From contig OX597823.1 of NCBI GenBank assembly GCA_951406725.2, positions 52,576,001 through 52,640,000 of the forward strand: a stretch of 64,000 nt of DNA. The letters run 5' to 3'. The stretch comes from Octopus vulgaris. Its lineage: Eukaryota. This document shows, piece after piece, positions 14,167 to 27,157 of the stretch. Both the position numbers and the translations under genes were made by a program. Under the pieces are notes generated by a model. It saw only the letters and a program-made list of their open reading frames with translations. It made no database searches and was not told where the DNA came from. Numbering within the stretch: position 1 is the stretch's first letter; every line of letters begins with the position of its first letter.

Positions 14167-15570
14167 GTGGATCTGCTTAAGTGGTTCCAGCTGACAGATC
14201 GATACAGGCTTGACCATCCGAACGTCCCAGAGTGGACCTGGATTAGTGGCGACGGAAGGTTGGTTCAATCTTACTTAGATAGGATAGTAATTAGAACTAG
14301 AGATAAGGCTAGTTTTAGTTGTCCACAGCTTGTTGAAGTATCTTACACTGACCATAGAATGGTTAAGTGTAGGCAGAACATAGTACAGTTAAGCGAGGAT
14401 CTGACTACTGGAAGCTGAACAAGTCTATTTTGACTTGCGAGGCATACCGTAGCCGGATTAAGGAACTAGTACAGAGAGCGTTAACCGGCGCTGGGGTTAA
14501 TAACCGGTGGTGGTTCGCCCTCAAGAGAGCCATTCGTTTTGAGTCTATTAGGTTTAGCCATAAGCTAAGACTAGACAAGGCCAGAATAGAAGGGCAATTA
14601 GTTAAGGACTTAGAGGAGGCGTTGAGGTTGGGCGCTGCATCTCACACTTTGACAGCGAGCACGGCCTTAGACCATCACCTCAAAGCCAAACACAAGGAGT
14701 GCAGAGTTCGAGTTAAAGTGCAAGCATTGGGCCGTGAGGGAATTAATGTTGCCGGATGGGCCTGTATGGTAGAAACCCAGCGTGGCAATGATGTCACAAT
14801 TAGGTTTCTGGTTGATGACAATGGGTATTCGGACGATGGACAGGACGAAATGTGTGAGGCGCTTTACAAGTACTTTGCCAAGTTGTTCGAGAGGAGCGGA
14901 ACGCTGGATCACGATGAGTCCCTTAGTGACTTCCTGACTGGCGGCCCACGTCTCTCGGTACGAGAGGCTGAGTGCTGTGAAGAGCCAATCACAGTCGAGG
15001 TGATCGAGGTGCTGGGCGACAGAATGGGAGAATTCCCAAGTCTGGAAGCCGGGTGGAGTGACGTTGATCAGAAAGGACCCGAGCAAGGGGGACGAGATAA
15101 GTCATTTTAGGCCCATAACTCTGCTAAACACAGAGTTAAAGACTTTGGCCAAGGTGCTAGCGAAAAGGTTGGCACGGGTCGTGAACAGACTTGTTGGCGG
15201 GACGCAAACTTGCGCCATCCCGGACAGGTCGATCCACGATAATCTCCACCTTATACGCTACTCCTTAGAGAGGGTAGGGAAGCTTTCTGGCGCAGGAGGG
15301 ACGCTGGTACATTTAGACCAGTCTAAAGCATTTGATAGGGTCGACCATCGGTACTTGGCGGTGATCCTCGAGAAGGCTGGTCTGAGCCCGACCTTCCGCG
15401 GTTAGATTGCTGCTTTGTACAGCGACATTGAGTCTGTCGTCAAAGTGAATGGTTTCCTTTCAAAGCCATTCAGGATTGAGCGCTCAGTGCGTCAGGGGTG
15501 TCCCCTGTCTCCGCTTTTGTATGTGTTGGCCCTTGAGCCATTGCTGCGGAAATTGGAGGTAATAGGGGCG
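14167..15570 (+). pseudogene. Tx1-like ORF2 fragments (endonuclease end and RT)
   Basis: FRPITLLNTELK, QTCAIPDRSIHDNL, LDQSKAFDRVDH, VRQGCPLSPLLYVLALEPL; stops and frameshifts. Confidence 0.9.
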
Positions 15571-15959
15571 CGCCGAATAATTTTCTTGTTTAAGCAACTA
15601 CATATTTTAAATGTGAAGGCACGTGGCCTTGAGGCTGGGTGTGTTGCGCTCACGATCATGAGAGCGTGTTTTTGATTCTCAGGCTGGCTGCACGTCATGT
15701 TATTGAACAAAATATTACGTTTCAGTTTGCTCCAGTCCACTCAGTTGTAAATGGATAACCCTATGAAGGAATAGCTTTCAGATCAGGAAGAATGTTGGCC
15801 TGCTCACCTAGCCAGCAGAGTGGCATCGTTCAAAAGCTAAAACGATGCAAAGAACATTGTGACCAGCGATGTATATCAACATCCGATTGTCCGGTCAATC
15901 ATATCATCTCTTGATATTTAAAATACCGATGTGTTTTTAATATGATTACTCTTACCTCT

Positions 15960-16325
15960 GGAGGCGCAATGGCCCAGTGGACTCGCGGTCGTAGGGTCAC
16001 GGTTTCGATTCCCAGACCGGGCGTTGTGAGTGTTTATTAAGCGAAAACACCTAAAGTTCCATGCGACTCCGGCAGGTGTTGTGGCGAACCCTGCTGTATT
16101 CTTTCACACAACTTTCTCTCACTCCTTCTTCCTGTTTTTGCTGTACCTGTATTTCAAAGGGCCAGCTTTGTTACACTCTGTGTCATGCGGAATCTCCCCG
16201 AGAACTATGTTAAGGGTACACGTATCTGTGGAGTGCTCAGCCACTTGCACGTTAATTTCACGAGCAGGATGTTCCGTTGATCGGATCAACTGGAACCCTC
16301 ATCGTCGTAACCGACGGAGTGCCAC
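15960..16325 (+). mobile_element. tRNA-derived SINE family C
   Basis: GGAGGCGCAATGGCCCAGTGG A-box, GGTTTCGATTCCC B-box; related heads at 24840-25131(-), 38540-38837(-), 63515-63798(-) with different 3' tails. Confidence 0.85.
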
Positions 16326-17640
16326 TATTATTACTTCTGCTATGATGATACTTCATTTATATATATGGATGCTTTTACTATACTGGTCTCAAATTTTGGC
16401 ACAAGATCAGCAAGTTCGGGTAAGGAGTAAGTCAGTTACATCGACTCCAGTACTCATCTGGTACTAATTTCATCAACCCCCGAATGGACGAAAAGTAACG
16501 ACCTCGGAAAAGTGAACTCAGAACGTAAAGGCAAATGAAATGCCTCTTAACAAATATGCGATGTGTGACCCTGTACCTGGTCGCTCATTTGCCAAAAATA
16601 GGAGTGAAATCTCCCTTCAAATCCCATAATGTTAGCAGATACTATATCCTAAAACAGACAGTGATTATGACCAGAATTCTTTCTATTATAGGTAGAAGGC
16701 ATGATATTTTGGGAAACGGAGGATTAGTCAACACCAGCGCACAAATACTTATTTTATTGACCACGAAAGAATGAAAGCAAGCTGTTCGGTCAGAACTGAC
16801 TTAGGGCTAAACAGCAGCAAAGTGGCTGTAAAATTCGAAATCTGGGGTAACTAGTGAGATCTTGTATCGGCACGTTTAGTATATTGTTAAATACACTGTA
16901 GGGCTTTCATCAGGTCATATCTTCTTCCTATTTCTTTGTCCCCTGCTACCATAGTCTTTTCAGACATCTACGCTTCAAACTTTCGCCCTTTCTTTTCTTA
17001 AGGTTTCTCATTTCAAGATTTGTTTCACTGTTCTTCAGTTATTCCTTCACAAATTGTTTTTATCTTGTTTCACTTTGGCAATACATCACTTTTTAGCCAA
17101 GTGACAGAAGACTATCGGCTTTATTTCATTCTAAGCTATTATTCTATTCCCCTCTAGTTACTTTGATAAATAGACTCACCTTTCTCAGATTATAAACACC
17201 TATTTCATATACTTTTTTTTTTATATCAGCCATGTTATTAGTTGAACCAATGTGAAACAGAAAATGAAATCTGTTTGAATATTCTTCAATAATATCATTT
17301 CATAGTTATTCATTCATTCTTTATATTCCTTTAATACTTTAGATAGCTCTCTCTTTTGGCATATTAACATCTGATAAATGTTTACAAAGAAGACACAGTT
17401 TGAACATCAGTATAATCATTTACACAAGTATATTACTGACAGACAATACCCAATCTATTTAAACATACTTAGTTTTTCTCCTAAACTCCCAAATAAGTAG
17501 TAAATTGAAATCGTGTAATATCAGAGAAAATCTAATGATTTCGTTTTTGTATTTTTTTTTTCTTTTTCCATCTCTTCTTGTCTTTCTCTATATCTCTGTC
17601 TTTTCTTGATCGTTCTTGGCGTGCTTGTATATACTAGCCG

Positions 17641-17734
17641 ATGGCGTGCTTGGTGAGATCGTCAAAGCTTTTTCATAGAAATGATGAAATGAAAGTTTTT
17701 ATAAGGAGATTTTCTTGGTTCCAAATATCAGATG
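17641..17734 (+). CDS. Possible first coding exon of an unknown gene (MACLVRSSKLFHRNDEMKVFIRRFSWFQISD)
   Basis: gccgATGG Kozak context, open 31 codons, G|GTAAGA donor, CpG-retaining surroundings; no homology recognised. Confidence 0.25.
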
Positions 17735-18413
17735 GTAAGAAATAGCAATAACAGTATTAATCTGAAGTGATTTATGCATTTCGTTCTCATATCGAGTCTT
17801 CAGGCCAAATCTCTCCGTAGTCATCTTTTTTTTTTCCTTCCCCGCATATCCACTTAACAACGTCTACTTTTTTTTTCCCCCTACCTTCATCATGTTGTTC
17901 TCTATTTCGTTTAGAAACTGTTTCCGTGTTTTGTGGGATGTAGTATATACAAATATAACAAATTACCAAGCTGTCTTAAGTATCTACTTTAAAGGTAACA
18001 TTTTTATTCAGGCACAGAATGTTTTCATTTATAAATAGACAGCTGTCGGAATCCTGGTTGAGAAGAGTTTCACAATTCCGATATGAATTACATTCCCTGC
18101 ACAAAAATATATCATTGCAACATTAAAAATATCGATTTTTTTGGCATAAATATGATGTTTCGAGAAAAGAAAAACCCAGATCGTATGACGTTCATGCCTT
18201 TTCCCAAAAGAACATTTGCGATGTTGTTGAGATGACTGGCATAATTGAATAAATTAGTTTAAGTACATACCAACAACGTAAAGGTGAGTCAACAGTCGCG
18301 GAGGATGGGTGAATGAAGAATTACTTTTATTTTTCAATTAAAGAAGTTTGTATTGCTGTTGGTGGTGGTGGTATTTAACCCCAGGTCAGTGCTAAACCAG
18401 CAGACCTATGGTA

Positions 18414-18716
18414 CCTGTAGAGCGCCGCGTCTCGGGCGGCGTCCGGTGCGCTCTCGGCGGCCCTGGAAAATCCGGGTCCGTAACGAATCGCAGCTCTCGA
18501 GTCGGTCCGTACCCACCATCCGCAGCAGGTCTCCAAGGTGTACAGCCTCTCGTCGATAGCGCCAATGTAGGTAAGGGAAGTCGGCAAAATGGATCCGTAC
18601 CTTCGGAAGAAGGATTGGCTCCGAGGACCGGGTCGGTCGGGCCGTGTGTGTCGCCTCGCTCCCGCGCGGTCGCGTCGCCGTTCGCTCGGCGTCGCGCCGC
18701 CGGGCGCCGGAACACG
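18414..18716 (+). pseudogene. 28S rRNA fragment (conserved core into expansion segment D8)
   Basis: ccgcagcaggtctccaaggtg.acagcctct, aatgtaggtaagggaagtcggcaa, gatccgta.cttcgg...aaggattggctc match conserved LSU rRNA; isolated GC-rich island. Confidence 0.92.
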
Positions 18717-19626
18717 ATGCTCCAGCGAAGATTTAGCACCTCAGATATTTATAACATGCTAAGTTGTTATTTGAGAGAAATTTGGTTGCCCTTTCTAACA
18801 CATTGTACAAATAAGAAGTTCCCTCGCTGATTCGAAAATTGTGTATTATTGTTTTTGTAACCATTGTTTAACCCTAGGTAGCTTTGGCTGAACAGTCCTC
18901 TAATCAAATACGTTCAATACGGCTTACCATTTCTTTTTTTTCTGTATGGTGTATTTCGAATTTACATTATCATGGATGCACATGCATCATTCACTTTATT
19001 TTATTATTTTATTTATTTATTTATTTATTGTATGATAGGGTATGATTTGAAAATAAAATTGGCTGCTTATATTCAGTAGGTTCTCTCTGCTCACTTGGTA
19101 ATGTTACATATGCGAGCTAAGAAAGAACGATTCAGTGATAGATTACTGAACAAACGTAGAACAACTTTTAGTAATTTACAAAGAAAGAAATTAAATCATT
19201 TCACTGGTACACAGAAATAGAATATAAAGTGAAAATATGTATTTCCCTTTCTACGGTGTTGTATTTGTTGCTAAATATATGCTAGACAGAAATAATTCTT
19301 AAGAAAGCGTATACAGAACCCTCGGCAGTCGACAACATACATACACACGTTATAACTAGGCTTTGAGGGATAAACACAAATTTTGCGCAAGTAAATACCA
19401 CCTGCTTTCGAGATTCTACGATCTATACATCAGTAAAAGCTAGAAATATTCTTGAATCCCAAGAATATCATGATTTACAGAGCTCGTTTTCTGTAAATAT
19501 ATAAATTTGGAACAGTACATAAAGTATAAATAATAACGTTTATACACAAGAGCAGAGTTCTTTTGGTTAAAATTTTTCTTCAGTCCTTCCACAGTTTTAC
19601 TTTCCATCTCCATCAAGGACAAAGAT

Positions 19627-20340
19627 TAGAGTGTAGCTAACAGGGGAGCAAGGAGAGCGACAATTCCACCAAAGCAAATTTTTTAAAAAATTGGTGCCTT
19701 TTCAACAATTCTTTTAACTCTTTAATTCACTTCTGCCCCCCCTCTCTATCTCTCTCTCTCACATATAGTAAACATAGTAAAAAGGGTAATAAAATAAATT
19801 ATTATTACCAGTGATCTAGCACAAAAGACAAAATAGTCATTAGACTATATGTTATTCATATATAAGTACATTAAAAGGCCTCTAAAAGAAGAAGCAAGTA
19901 CTAGGTACACAAAAAGTGGATAAATTCAATGAAATGAAAATCAAAAACGTTTACAAACTCGGCTCATCTTAGCCTTGGCAGATAAATTATATTTTTCTGC
20001 TAAAAAAAAAGACGAAACTGCAGTATAAGATGAGCTGTCTGCTCAATCTCCTGTGATGTGTTGGTGGCCACTGACATCTGAAGAACTCTGGACGATCTCG
20101 AGGAATTTCATCTTTTTCACGTCACATTTATTATCAGTTGTTAGTTTCATATATAATGACATTGTTACTGAAACATGGAATTAATGAATGCAGAGTACAG
20201 CTGCGTGTGTTATAACTAAAGAAATATTTCGCGTAATAAAAGAGAAATGAGTTAAAACTTGTTTGGTATGTGTCACGGCGTCTTTTTTTTTTTTTTTATG
20301 CGCTTGGTCCTCTTAACTTTAGAACCTGACTATGCCTCTG
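19627..20340. mobile_element. Decayed hAT-like MITE
   Basis: Ends tagagtgtagct / actatgcctctg; flanks acaaagat / actacgat as a 6/8 candidate TSD. Confidence 0.35.
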
Positions 20341-20711
20341 ACTACGATGCAGTATAGACAGAAATGTAAAGTGATCCCAGGATTGCCCGGTATTGTATTT
20401 TAGCTTATATAAAAGAATGAAAGGAAACTTCTGGATATGAAGGTCCTTCATTAAGTACCGTATGCATTCTATACGGCAGTGCTACTCAAGGTGGTGGTCC
20501 GTGGACTGGTGCCGGCCGGCGAGTCATCAGCTGCCGGTACACGGCGAGTTTCCAGAAAAGAAACATTATGAAATGCTTATAAAATGGTTATGTAATATTG
20601 TATTATTTGTTTACAAAATAAATATAAGATTTTAAAAACTGTCAATTTTTATTATGTTCATTATATATATATATAATGGGGTTAGTCTTGCAGTTTGCAT
20701 CTCGAGGACCG

Positions 20712-20787
20712 AATGTACTGAAGAAGTCACGGACACTTGAATTATGCAAGTAATTCTTTTGTTAAGACCGAAACCGAGGTATGCATT
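20712..20787 (+). ncRNA. Type I hammerhead ribozyme
   Basis: Stem I aatgta/tgcatt, core CTGAAGA, stem II gtc/gac, GAAA, stem III acc-ga-ggt, cleavage GUA after 20781. Confidence 0.75.
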
Positions 20788-21107
20788 TAAGTCTGTTATT
20801 TATTTAATTTTTCATATGTCCTGCCCGCCAAAGTTGGTTCTGGTGTTCGCTGAATTCTTCCTCTAGAGAATTTCCCTTGTAGTTTGATCGTTGATGATCT
20901 TCTTCTAGCATTCTGGCCGGCTACCTAGCAGGCCAGCCCTGCCAATATACACATATATTTGAATTTTTCTCTGACTCCTCAGATTTTTTGAATGCTGGAC
21001 TACTGGTTTTAAATTGATATTAAAATTAATATTAATTTATCTCCATCAATTTTTAAATATATATATATATATACAATATCAAAAGGGGGTACGGGCGCCG
21101 CCATATA

Positions 21108-21403
21108 ATAGGTAAATGTAAAAAAACACAAACTGGAACAAGAACGCAAAACATTTAGAAGACGATACAAAAAAAACGAACGGGACATTCGAAGCCTTCA
21201 ATCTTCAGTCAAGAACCGGATCATCTTCGCAATTTCGGCTGATTAATCTTGAGATTGCTCCGACCTGGCCAGCCCCAGTCAAGATTAATCAGCCGAAATT
21301 GCGAAGATGATCCGGTTCTTGACTGAAGATCGAAGGTCCGTTTTTTTTGTATCGTCTTCTAAATGTTTTGCGTTCTTGTCCCAGTTTGTGTTTTTTACAT
21401 TTA

Positions 21404-21408
<5 letters not shown>
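21108..21408. repeat. Foldback of family X
   Basis: Arms 21108-21252 and 21279-21408, ~26-bp spacer; left arm extends uniquely to 21073; (TA)n flanks. Confidence 0.9.
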
Positions 21409-21438
<30 letters not shown>

Positions 21439-21577
21439 CTGGTATAAATTCCTATTACTAAGAAATATTACCGGTCCCTGGCACATTGGGAAAAAATACT
21501 GCTGATACGCCACATCAGATAGTTTGAGAAGCACTGCTATACGGAAATCTAATGATTCTTAACTAGTACACTCTTTG

Positions 21578-21930
21578 ATCAGTAAAGTAAAGACCCCTTT
21601 CGGTTATGAATGACCATGGGATTGCACCTAGAAAGTTCCCCCCCCCCCGAGGCACAAGTCTGAGTAAGGTTGTTTATGGAAGACCAGCAATCGTCTATGC
21701 ATACCAGCCTCCCCTCACTCACGCCATTGATATTATCCAAAGGAAAGGCAAAGACCGATACAGCTTGGCACCTGTACCGTCGCAACTCATTTCTACAGCG
21801 GAATGAACTGGAGCAACGTGAAATAAAGTGTCTTGCTCAAGAGCACAACACACAGCCCGGTCTGGGAATCGAACGCACTAGCTCATGATTGCGAGCCCGA
21901 CGCGCTAACCACTGAGTCATGCGCCTTCGG
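21578..21930 (-). mobile_element. tRNA-derived SINE family D
   Basis: Minus strand GGCGCATGACTCAGTGGTTAG A-box, GTTCGATTCCC B-box, ttgagcaagacactttatttcacgttgctccag. Confidence 0.8.
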
Positions 21931-22344
21931 TCTATAAAATAAAGTACTATCGTTCAATCAGCAAGCTATGTGTTACCTATGTCAGAAACCCTATTTGTAT
22001 AATTATTTTATTATAATGTCGGGCAGGTGGGTCTGCGAATTCATTACTCTATAGCCCAAATCTTCCCATTTGTATCTGGATCGGAACAATCAACAGAACT
22101 AGAAATACACTTCTAAATTACATAACTCTTATTACTATAGGCACAAGGCTTGAAATTTGGGGAAAAGAGGTAGTCAATCACATCGATCCCGAGCGCTCGC
22201 CTGGTACTTATTTTATTGACCCCGAAAGGATAAAAGATAAGTTGATGGAAGTCAGAATGTAAAGCCTGTAGCAAACGTATGTTTATCATTCGGTTGTCTA
22301 ACCTTAAATACCCAGAATTTGGCTCGTACACATTTTTATTACAA

Positions 22345-22500
22345 GTGGTCATATGACCTGGTCATATGATGGTCAAGTCCTTCTGGTTTGATGCAGACTA
22401 TCCAGTCCCATCACGTGACAGGCCAGCCTAGCGCGGGAAAATTACGTTGGCTCGCTGAAGCCGATCCGCATACTTAAAAAGAGGAATATTTCCCGCTTTC
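22345..22500. promoter_or_regulatory. Candidate promoter motif cluster
   Basis: TCACGTGA E-box, GCGCGGGAAA and TTTCCCGC E2F-type sites, palindrome ggtcatatgacc, in CpG-retaining non-repeat DNA. Confidence 0.3.
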
Positions 22501-22637
22501 CTTCAATTAGGTGGGAAGACACGATTGAATTAGGATCTCAGCAGGTGGGTTATTTTGCAGATATCTTTGACGTGCTGTTGTGTTCCTGTTGGTCAAGCAC
22601 ACATCGCCAAGTTCCTACTGCATGAGAAACAAGTATA

Positions 22638-23033
22638 CTCTTTTACTTGTTTCAGTCATGTGACTGTGGCCATGCTGGAGCACCGCCTTTAGTCGAGCAA
22701 ATCGAGCCCAGGACTTATTCTTTGTAAGCTTAGTACTTATTCTATCAGTCTCTTTTTGCCAAACTGCTAAGTTACGGGGACGTAAAGACACCACCATCGG
22801 TTGTCAAGCGATGTTGGGGGGGGGGACAAACACAGACACACAAGCATATACACACACACATATATATATATACATATATACGACGGGCTTCTTTCAGTTT
22901 CCGTCTATCAAATCCACTCACAAGGCTTTGGTCGGCCCGAGGCTATAGTAGAAGACACTTGCTCAAGGTGCCACGCAGTGGGACTGAACCCGGAACCATG
23001 TGGTTCGTAAGCAAGCTACTTACCACACAGCCA
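22638..23033 (-). mobile_element. Near full-length SINE family A with internal microsatellite
   Basis: tRNA head at right, internal (CA)/(TA) tract, 3' tail aaggcggtgctccagcatggcc..gactgaaacaagtaaaaga; CpGs retained. Confidence 0.85.
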
Positions 23034-25134
23034 GTATATTTTCTTCCGACAACATCATTCAAGATGTACCAGCATTTTCTGTACCGATTCATTCAGCAGT
23101 TATATAAAGTGTGACTGTCAATTGCAACTAGTTTTCTTGTATATTTTTCCATTGTTTATACATGACTCATTGGAACCAAGAAATTGTAATTATACCAGGG
23201 CCAGAGCTACGCTAACTAACCTGCTGAAAGCCTGAAGAAATGCTGCCAAGAACTTTGTCAAACGTTGTAATGATTCTACTTACTCGCTGCCTTGCTTGTA
23301 AATTGCATAATATATTTTATTGTATCATAAAGACCATCGGATGTTATTATACATCACTGGTCATAAGGCACAGAATGTGTCTTACTGTTGATTTCTTTTA
23401 ATTGGTAGAGCGTTTTCTTTAGGGGGAATCCAGCTACTGTCTCTACCAGGTCAATCAGTAACATTGAGACATGCTCATTGACTCAAACAGTAATAGTTGT
23501 CGCTGTTGCGATGGTGGTGGTAGTGGTGGTAGAGGTGGCGGTGGTGTTAGCACTGGTCTAGTGGTATTAGCAGTAATATGAAACAAGTAGGAAGAACAAG
23601 ATCCAAAGACGATCCAACCTGTGTCTGCTTAGAACATACTATCCTGCACCACCGCCGCATCCGCCGCCGCCACCATCACCACCATCACCACCACCACTAC
23701 CACCACCACCACCATCACTACCTCCACTTCCTACAGGGAAAATTCTTATGTGGCGTCCAACAAATGACAGTTTTGCCATTACTGCACTGAATGTACGGGT
23801 GTTTTTGGAAGGTCAGTTAGCATTTTGCTGCCAATCAAACAATGTTTATTTCTTAGAAATACAAGAACATTATTTGATTGTTAGCATTTGGGTATTGTTA
23901 AAATGTTGTATTATCATCGTATATTGCTCTTATTTTTCTCTCCTCTTCTTTTACAGATTCTGTTCGTAGGATTAGATCTTTAATAACGTTTGTTTCTGAG
24001 AGAAGAAAGAGCAAAATGACACGATGTTCGCGATTTATGAGTTGCATGCAGAGATAAATAAGTGAATAAATAAATAAATACTCATACAACTAGGTAAATA
24101 CATGGATTGATACACATATATATATATGTAACAAAAGAGTAAATTACGATTCTTTTATTCAGAGAAAATCTTCATCTTTGATCTTTCTACTGGCACCCAG
24201 AATTTACCTGTGGTTTTAGCAATTATCCGTTGCCTGTTATATCCAGAACAAATATGCCAATACAATAGCGTATCTAAGTCAGGTGTCGATAAAAAATGGC
24301 ATCATTGATTACCGGAAGGTTTATGAGAGGTTATCTTGATTACATAATAGGCAAAGATCCGTTCTTCTATCGTTTTATACGCTGCCTACTGCAAATATTT
24401 TAGCATTGGTGAAATATTGTGTGGATCACCTTCACACAATTATTTCATTCTATGTAATTTAATGTCGAGTGCAGCAATACCAATCCAGATCTTTTGACGA
24501 AGATCAAAGTCTGTTGTTGTTGTTTTTGTTCTTATTATTAAGATTGTGAGCTGGGAGAGTCGTTATCACGTCAAGCAAAATGCTTGCCTGCATTTCATCC
24601 ACCTTTGCCTTCTGGGTTAAAATTCCGGCGAAGTCAATTTCACCTTTCATTTTTTCACAATCGATAAAATAAGTACCAGTTCAACACTGGGGAGTTGATA
24701 TAATTGACTTACCTCCTACCTCAAAATTGCTAGCCTTGTGCCTCTATAATAAAAAGGATTATTATTGTTATTCTGAAAGACTCTAAGATAGTTCTTAATT
24801 ACCGGTTATTCTTTACTTGAACGTTTTTTGTTCATTCTCGATCGAGCCACGCCTGTCTCATCAGGGCCGGTTTCTCGGTTTCCTTGGCGTATAGGTTCCC
24901 CACCTGGACGGGACGCCGGTCCGTCACAGGTGAGCTGCAAGATGCAGGAGGAAAGAGTGGGAGAAAGTTGTGGCGAAAGAGTCAGCAGAAGTTCGCCATT
25001 ACCTTCTGCCGGAGCCACGTGGACCTTAGGTGTTTCCCTTATAAACACACACATCACCCGGTCTGAGATTCGAACTCGCGTTTCCTCGACCGCGAGTCTG
25101 CTGCTCTAACCACTAAGCCATGTGCTTCCACTTA

Positions 25135-25414
25135 CTTGAAAGTAGGCAATAACAAATCATCAAAAGTTTCAAGTAATGCCTTCTCCTGTAGCTCAAAGAT
25201 AAAATAGTCTCCTTAGAATGCGAGCAGTACCCAACAATGCTGTCTTCTGGATCACCTCGTGCCTGACAGTAGTTCCAATATTCTTGATATGTTTGTCAAA
25301 ACCCTTGGAAACTGCCCCTAATGCTCCAATTACCATCGGTCTCACCATTATTTTCCTCATACCCCATAACTTTCCTATCTCATCCCGTAGTTGCTGGTAT
25401 TTCTCAGTCTTATT

Positions 25415-25463
<49 letters not shown>

Positions 25464-25588
25464 GTTTAACGCACGATTTCCATGCTGGCATGGGTTGGAC
25501 GGTTTGACTGACGACTGGTGAGCCAGAGGCTGCACCAGGCTCAATCTGATCTGGCAAAGTTTCTACAGCTGAATGCCCTTCCTAACGC

Positions 25589-25642
<54 letters not shown>

Positions 25643-25656
25643 TATTATTATTGCTG

Positions 25657-25715
<59 letters not shown>

Positions 25716-25717
25716 GC

Positions 25718-25753
<36 letters not shown>

Positions 25754-25780
25754 CATTATTATTATTATTATTATTATTGC

Positions 25781-25849
<69 letters not shown>

Positions 25850-27126
25850 CCAATTGATTTGCATTTTATTTCATCTTCCGACCTGATCTCAACCAGAGAC
25901 CTAAGGCATGTATATATTAGATGGAGAGAAACTTCCTGAGAATGAGAGCGGTTGATGTTGACGCAAGTTTTTAAGTCTCATAGATTGTTGGTTTCCCTGG
26001 AATCTGGTAAAAAAAAAATTGTCAGTACCTTTCTTGATTAGGGCATCTACAACAACAGGGATAGTTTTGGCTTTTAATTGCCAGATCCTTGATATCTCAA
26101 ACTCAAGGTCATTATATTTCGACATTTTTTTCAAATTACTTTGCCGTGATGTTTTTATCAGTAAGTGCTGTCAATTAACAGGCATGTTTTTTTTTGTCTT
26201 AGGTCTTTGATGACGATGTCTGCTCGGTTGTCATTTATTTGCCTGTCTATATGTATCCCATAATTCCATAGAATGCTAACATTCCCTCAGTGACTGGTTC
26301 GGGATGGTGTTCTTACTGGCCAACTCGATTATGCCTGGTTTTATATTCCGTAGCGGCAAGGACTGAGCAACCGGCAACAATGTGGTCAATACTCTCAAGT
26401 GTGTCATTGCTGAGTCTACACTTTGAGTCTACCTCATTGTGTATGGAATTAACTTGATGGTTCCGAGTGAGAAGACTCTGATCTTGTGCCGCTAAGATAA
26501 AATCCTTCTGTTTCAGCTCTCAAACCAGCACTGTACAGCCACTGACGGGTCCTATCTACATCAGCTTCCCCAGCTCATTTGGGGTATTACCCATGCAATG
26601 GTTTTTCTCGCTACAGTCTTGATATTTCCTTCAGGTTTTCCTGTTTGGCTTTTGCTTCACACATTTCTGCTGCCTTATTGGGTGGTGTGTCCTTATCATC
26701 ATCATAATCTGTATTTATATGCTTCCTTTGAGATTGAGTGCAGTTCCTTACTCTGTTCGTGTTGCCTTACCAGCTGTATCATCCAGCTGGTGTTATTTTG
26801 GATGTACATTTGGAGACCTATCGTGGTCGTTTTATAGGACGCTTGAAGCTGGATTAAACCTCTGCTGCCTTCCTTTCATGGGAATTAGAGCCAGTGGATG
26901 TCTTATTTTTAGGTGGTGCATCCTATTTAGTGTCAGGTTTTTATGTCCATATACTGGAGATCACTCAAATTCCAACCTGGCAGAAACGTTAGCACGCCGG
27001 GCGAAATGCTTAGCGGTATTTCATCGGGGTCGATAAATTAAGTACCAGTTGAATACTGGGGTCGATCTAATCGACTGGCACCTTCCCCCAAAATGTCGGG
27101 CCTTGTGCCTAGAGTAGGAAAAGAAA

Positions 27127-27157
<31 letters not shown>

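Larger units (their letters stand above)
12960..15575 (+). mobile_element. Tx1-clade (L1 group) LINE, internally deleted and 3'-truncated
   Basis: ORF1 with zinc knuckle, APE C-terminus (SYLDRI, YTDHRMV, YWKLN) and RT motifs; deletions near 14145 and 15025-15050. Confidence 0.9.
20477..21536. mobile_element. Non-autonomous hAT (Charlie-like) element carrying nested insertions
   Basis: TIRs cagtgctactcaa / ttgagaagcactg; perfect 8-bp TSD ctatacgg at 20469-20476 and 21537-21544. Confidence 0.92.

Noticed and set aside
15960-16030. tRNA gene
   Set aside because: SINE head with A/B boxes but no complete cloverleaf; multicopy with SINE body
18353-18830. GC-rich overlapping ORFs up to 140 aa
   Set aside because: Spurious frames across the 28S rRNA fragment
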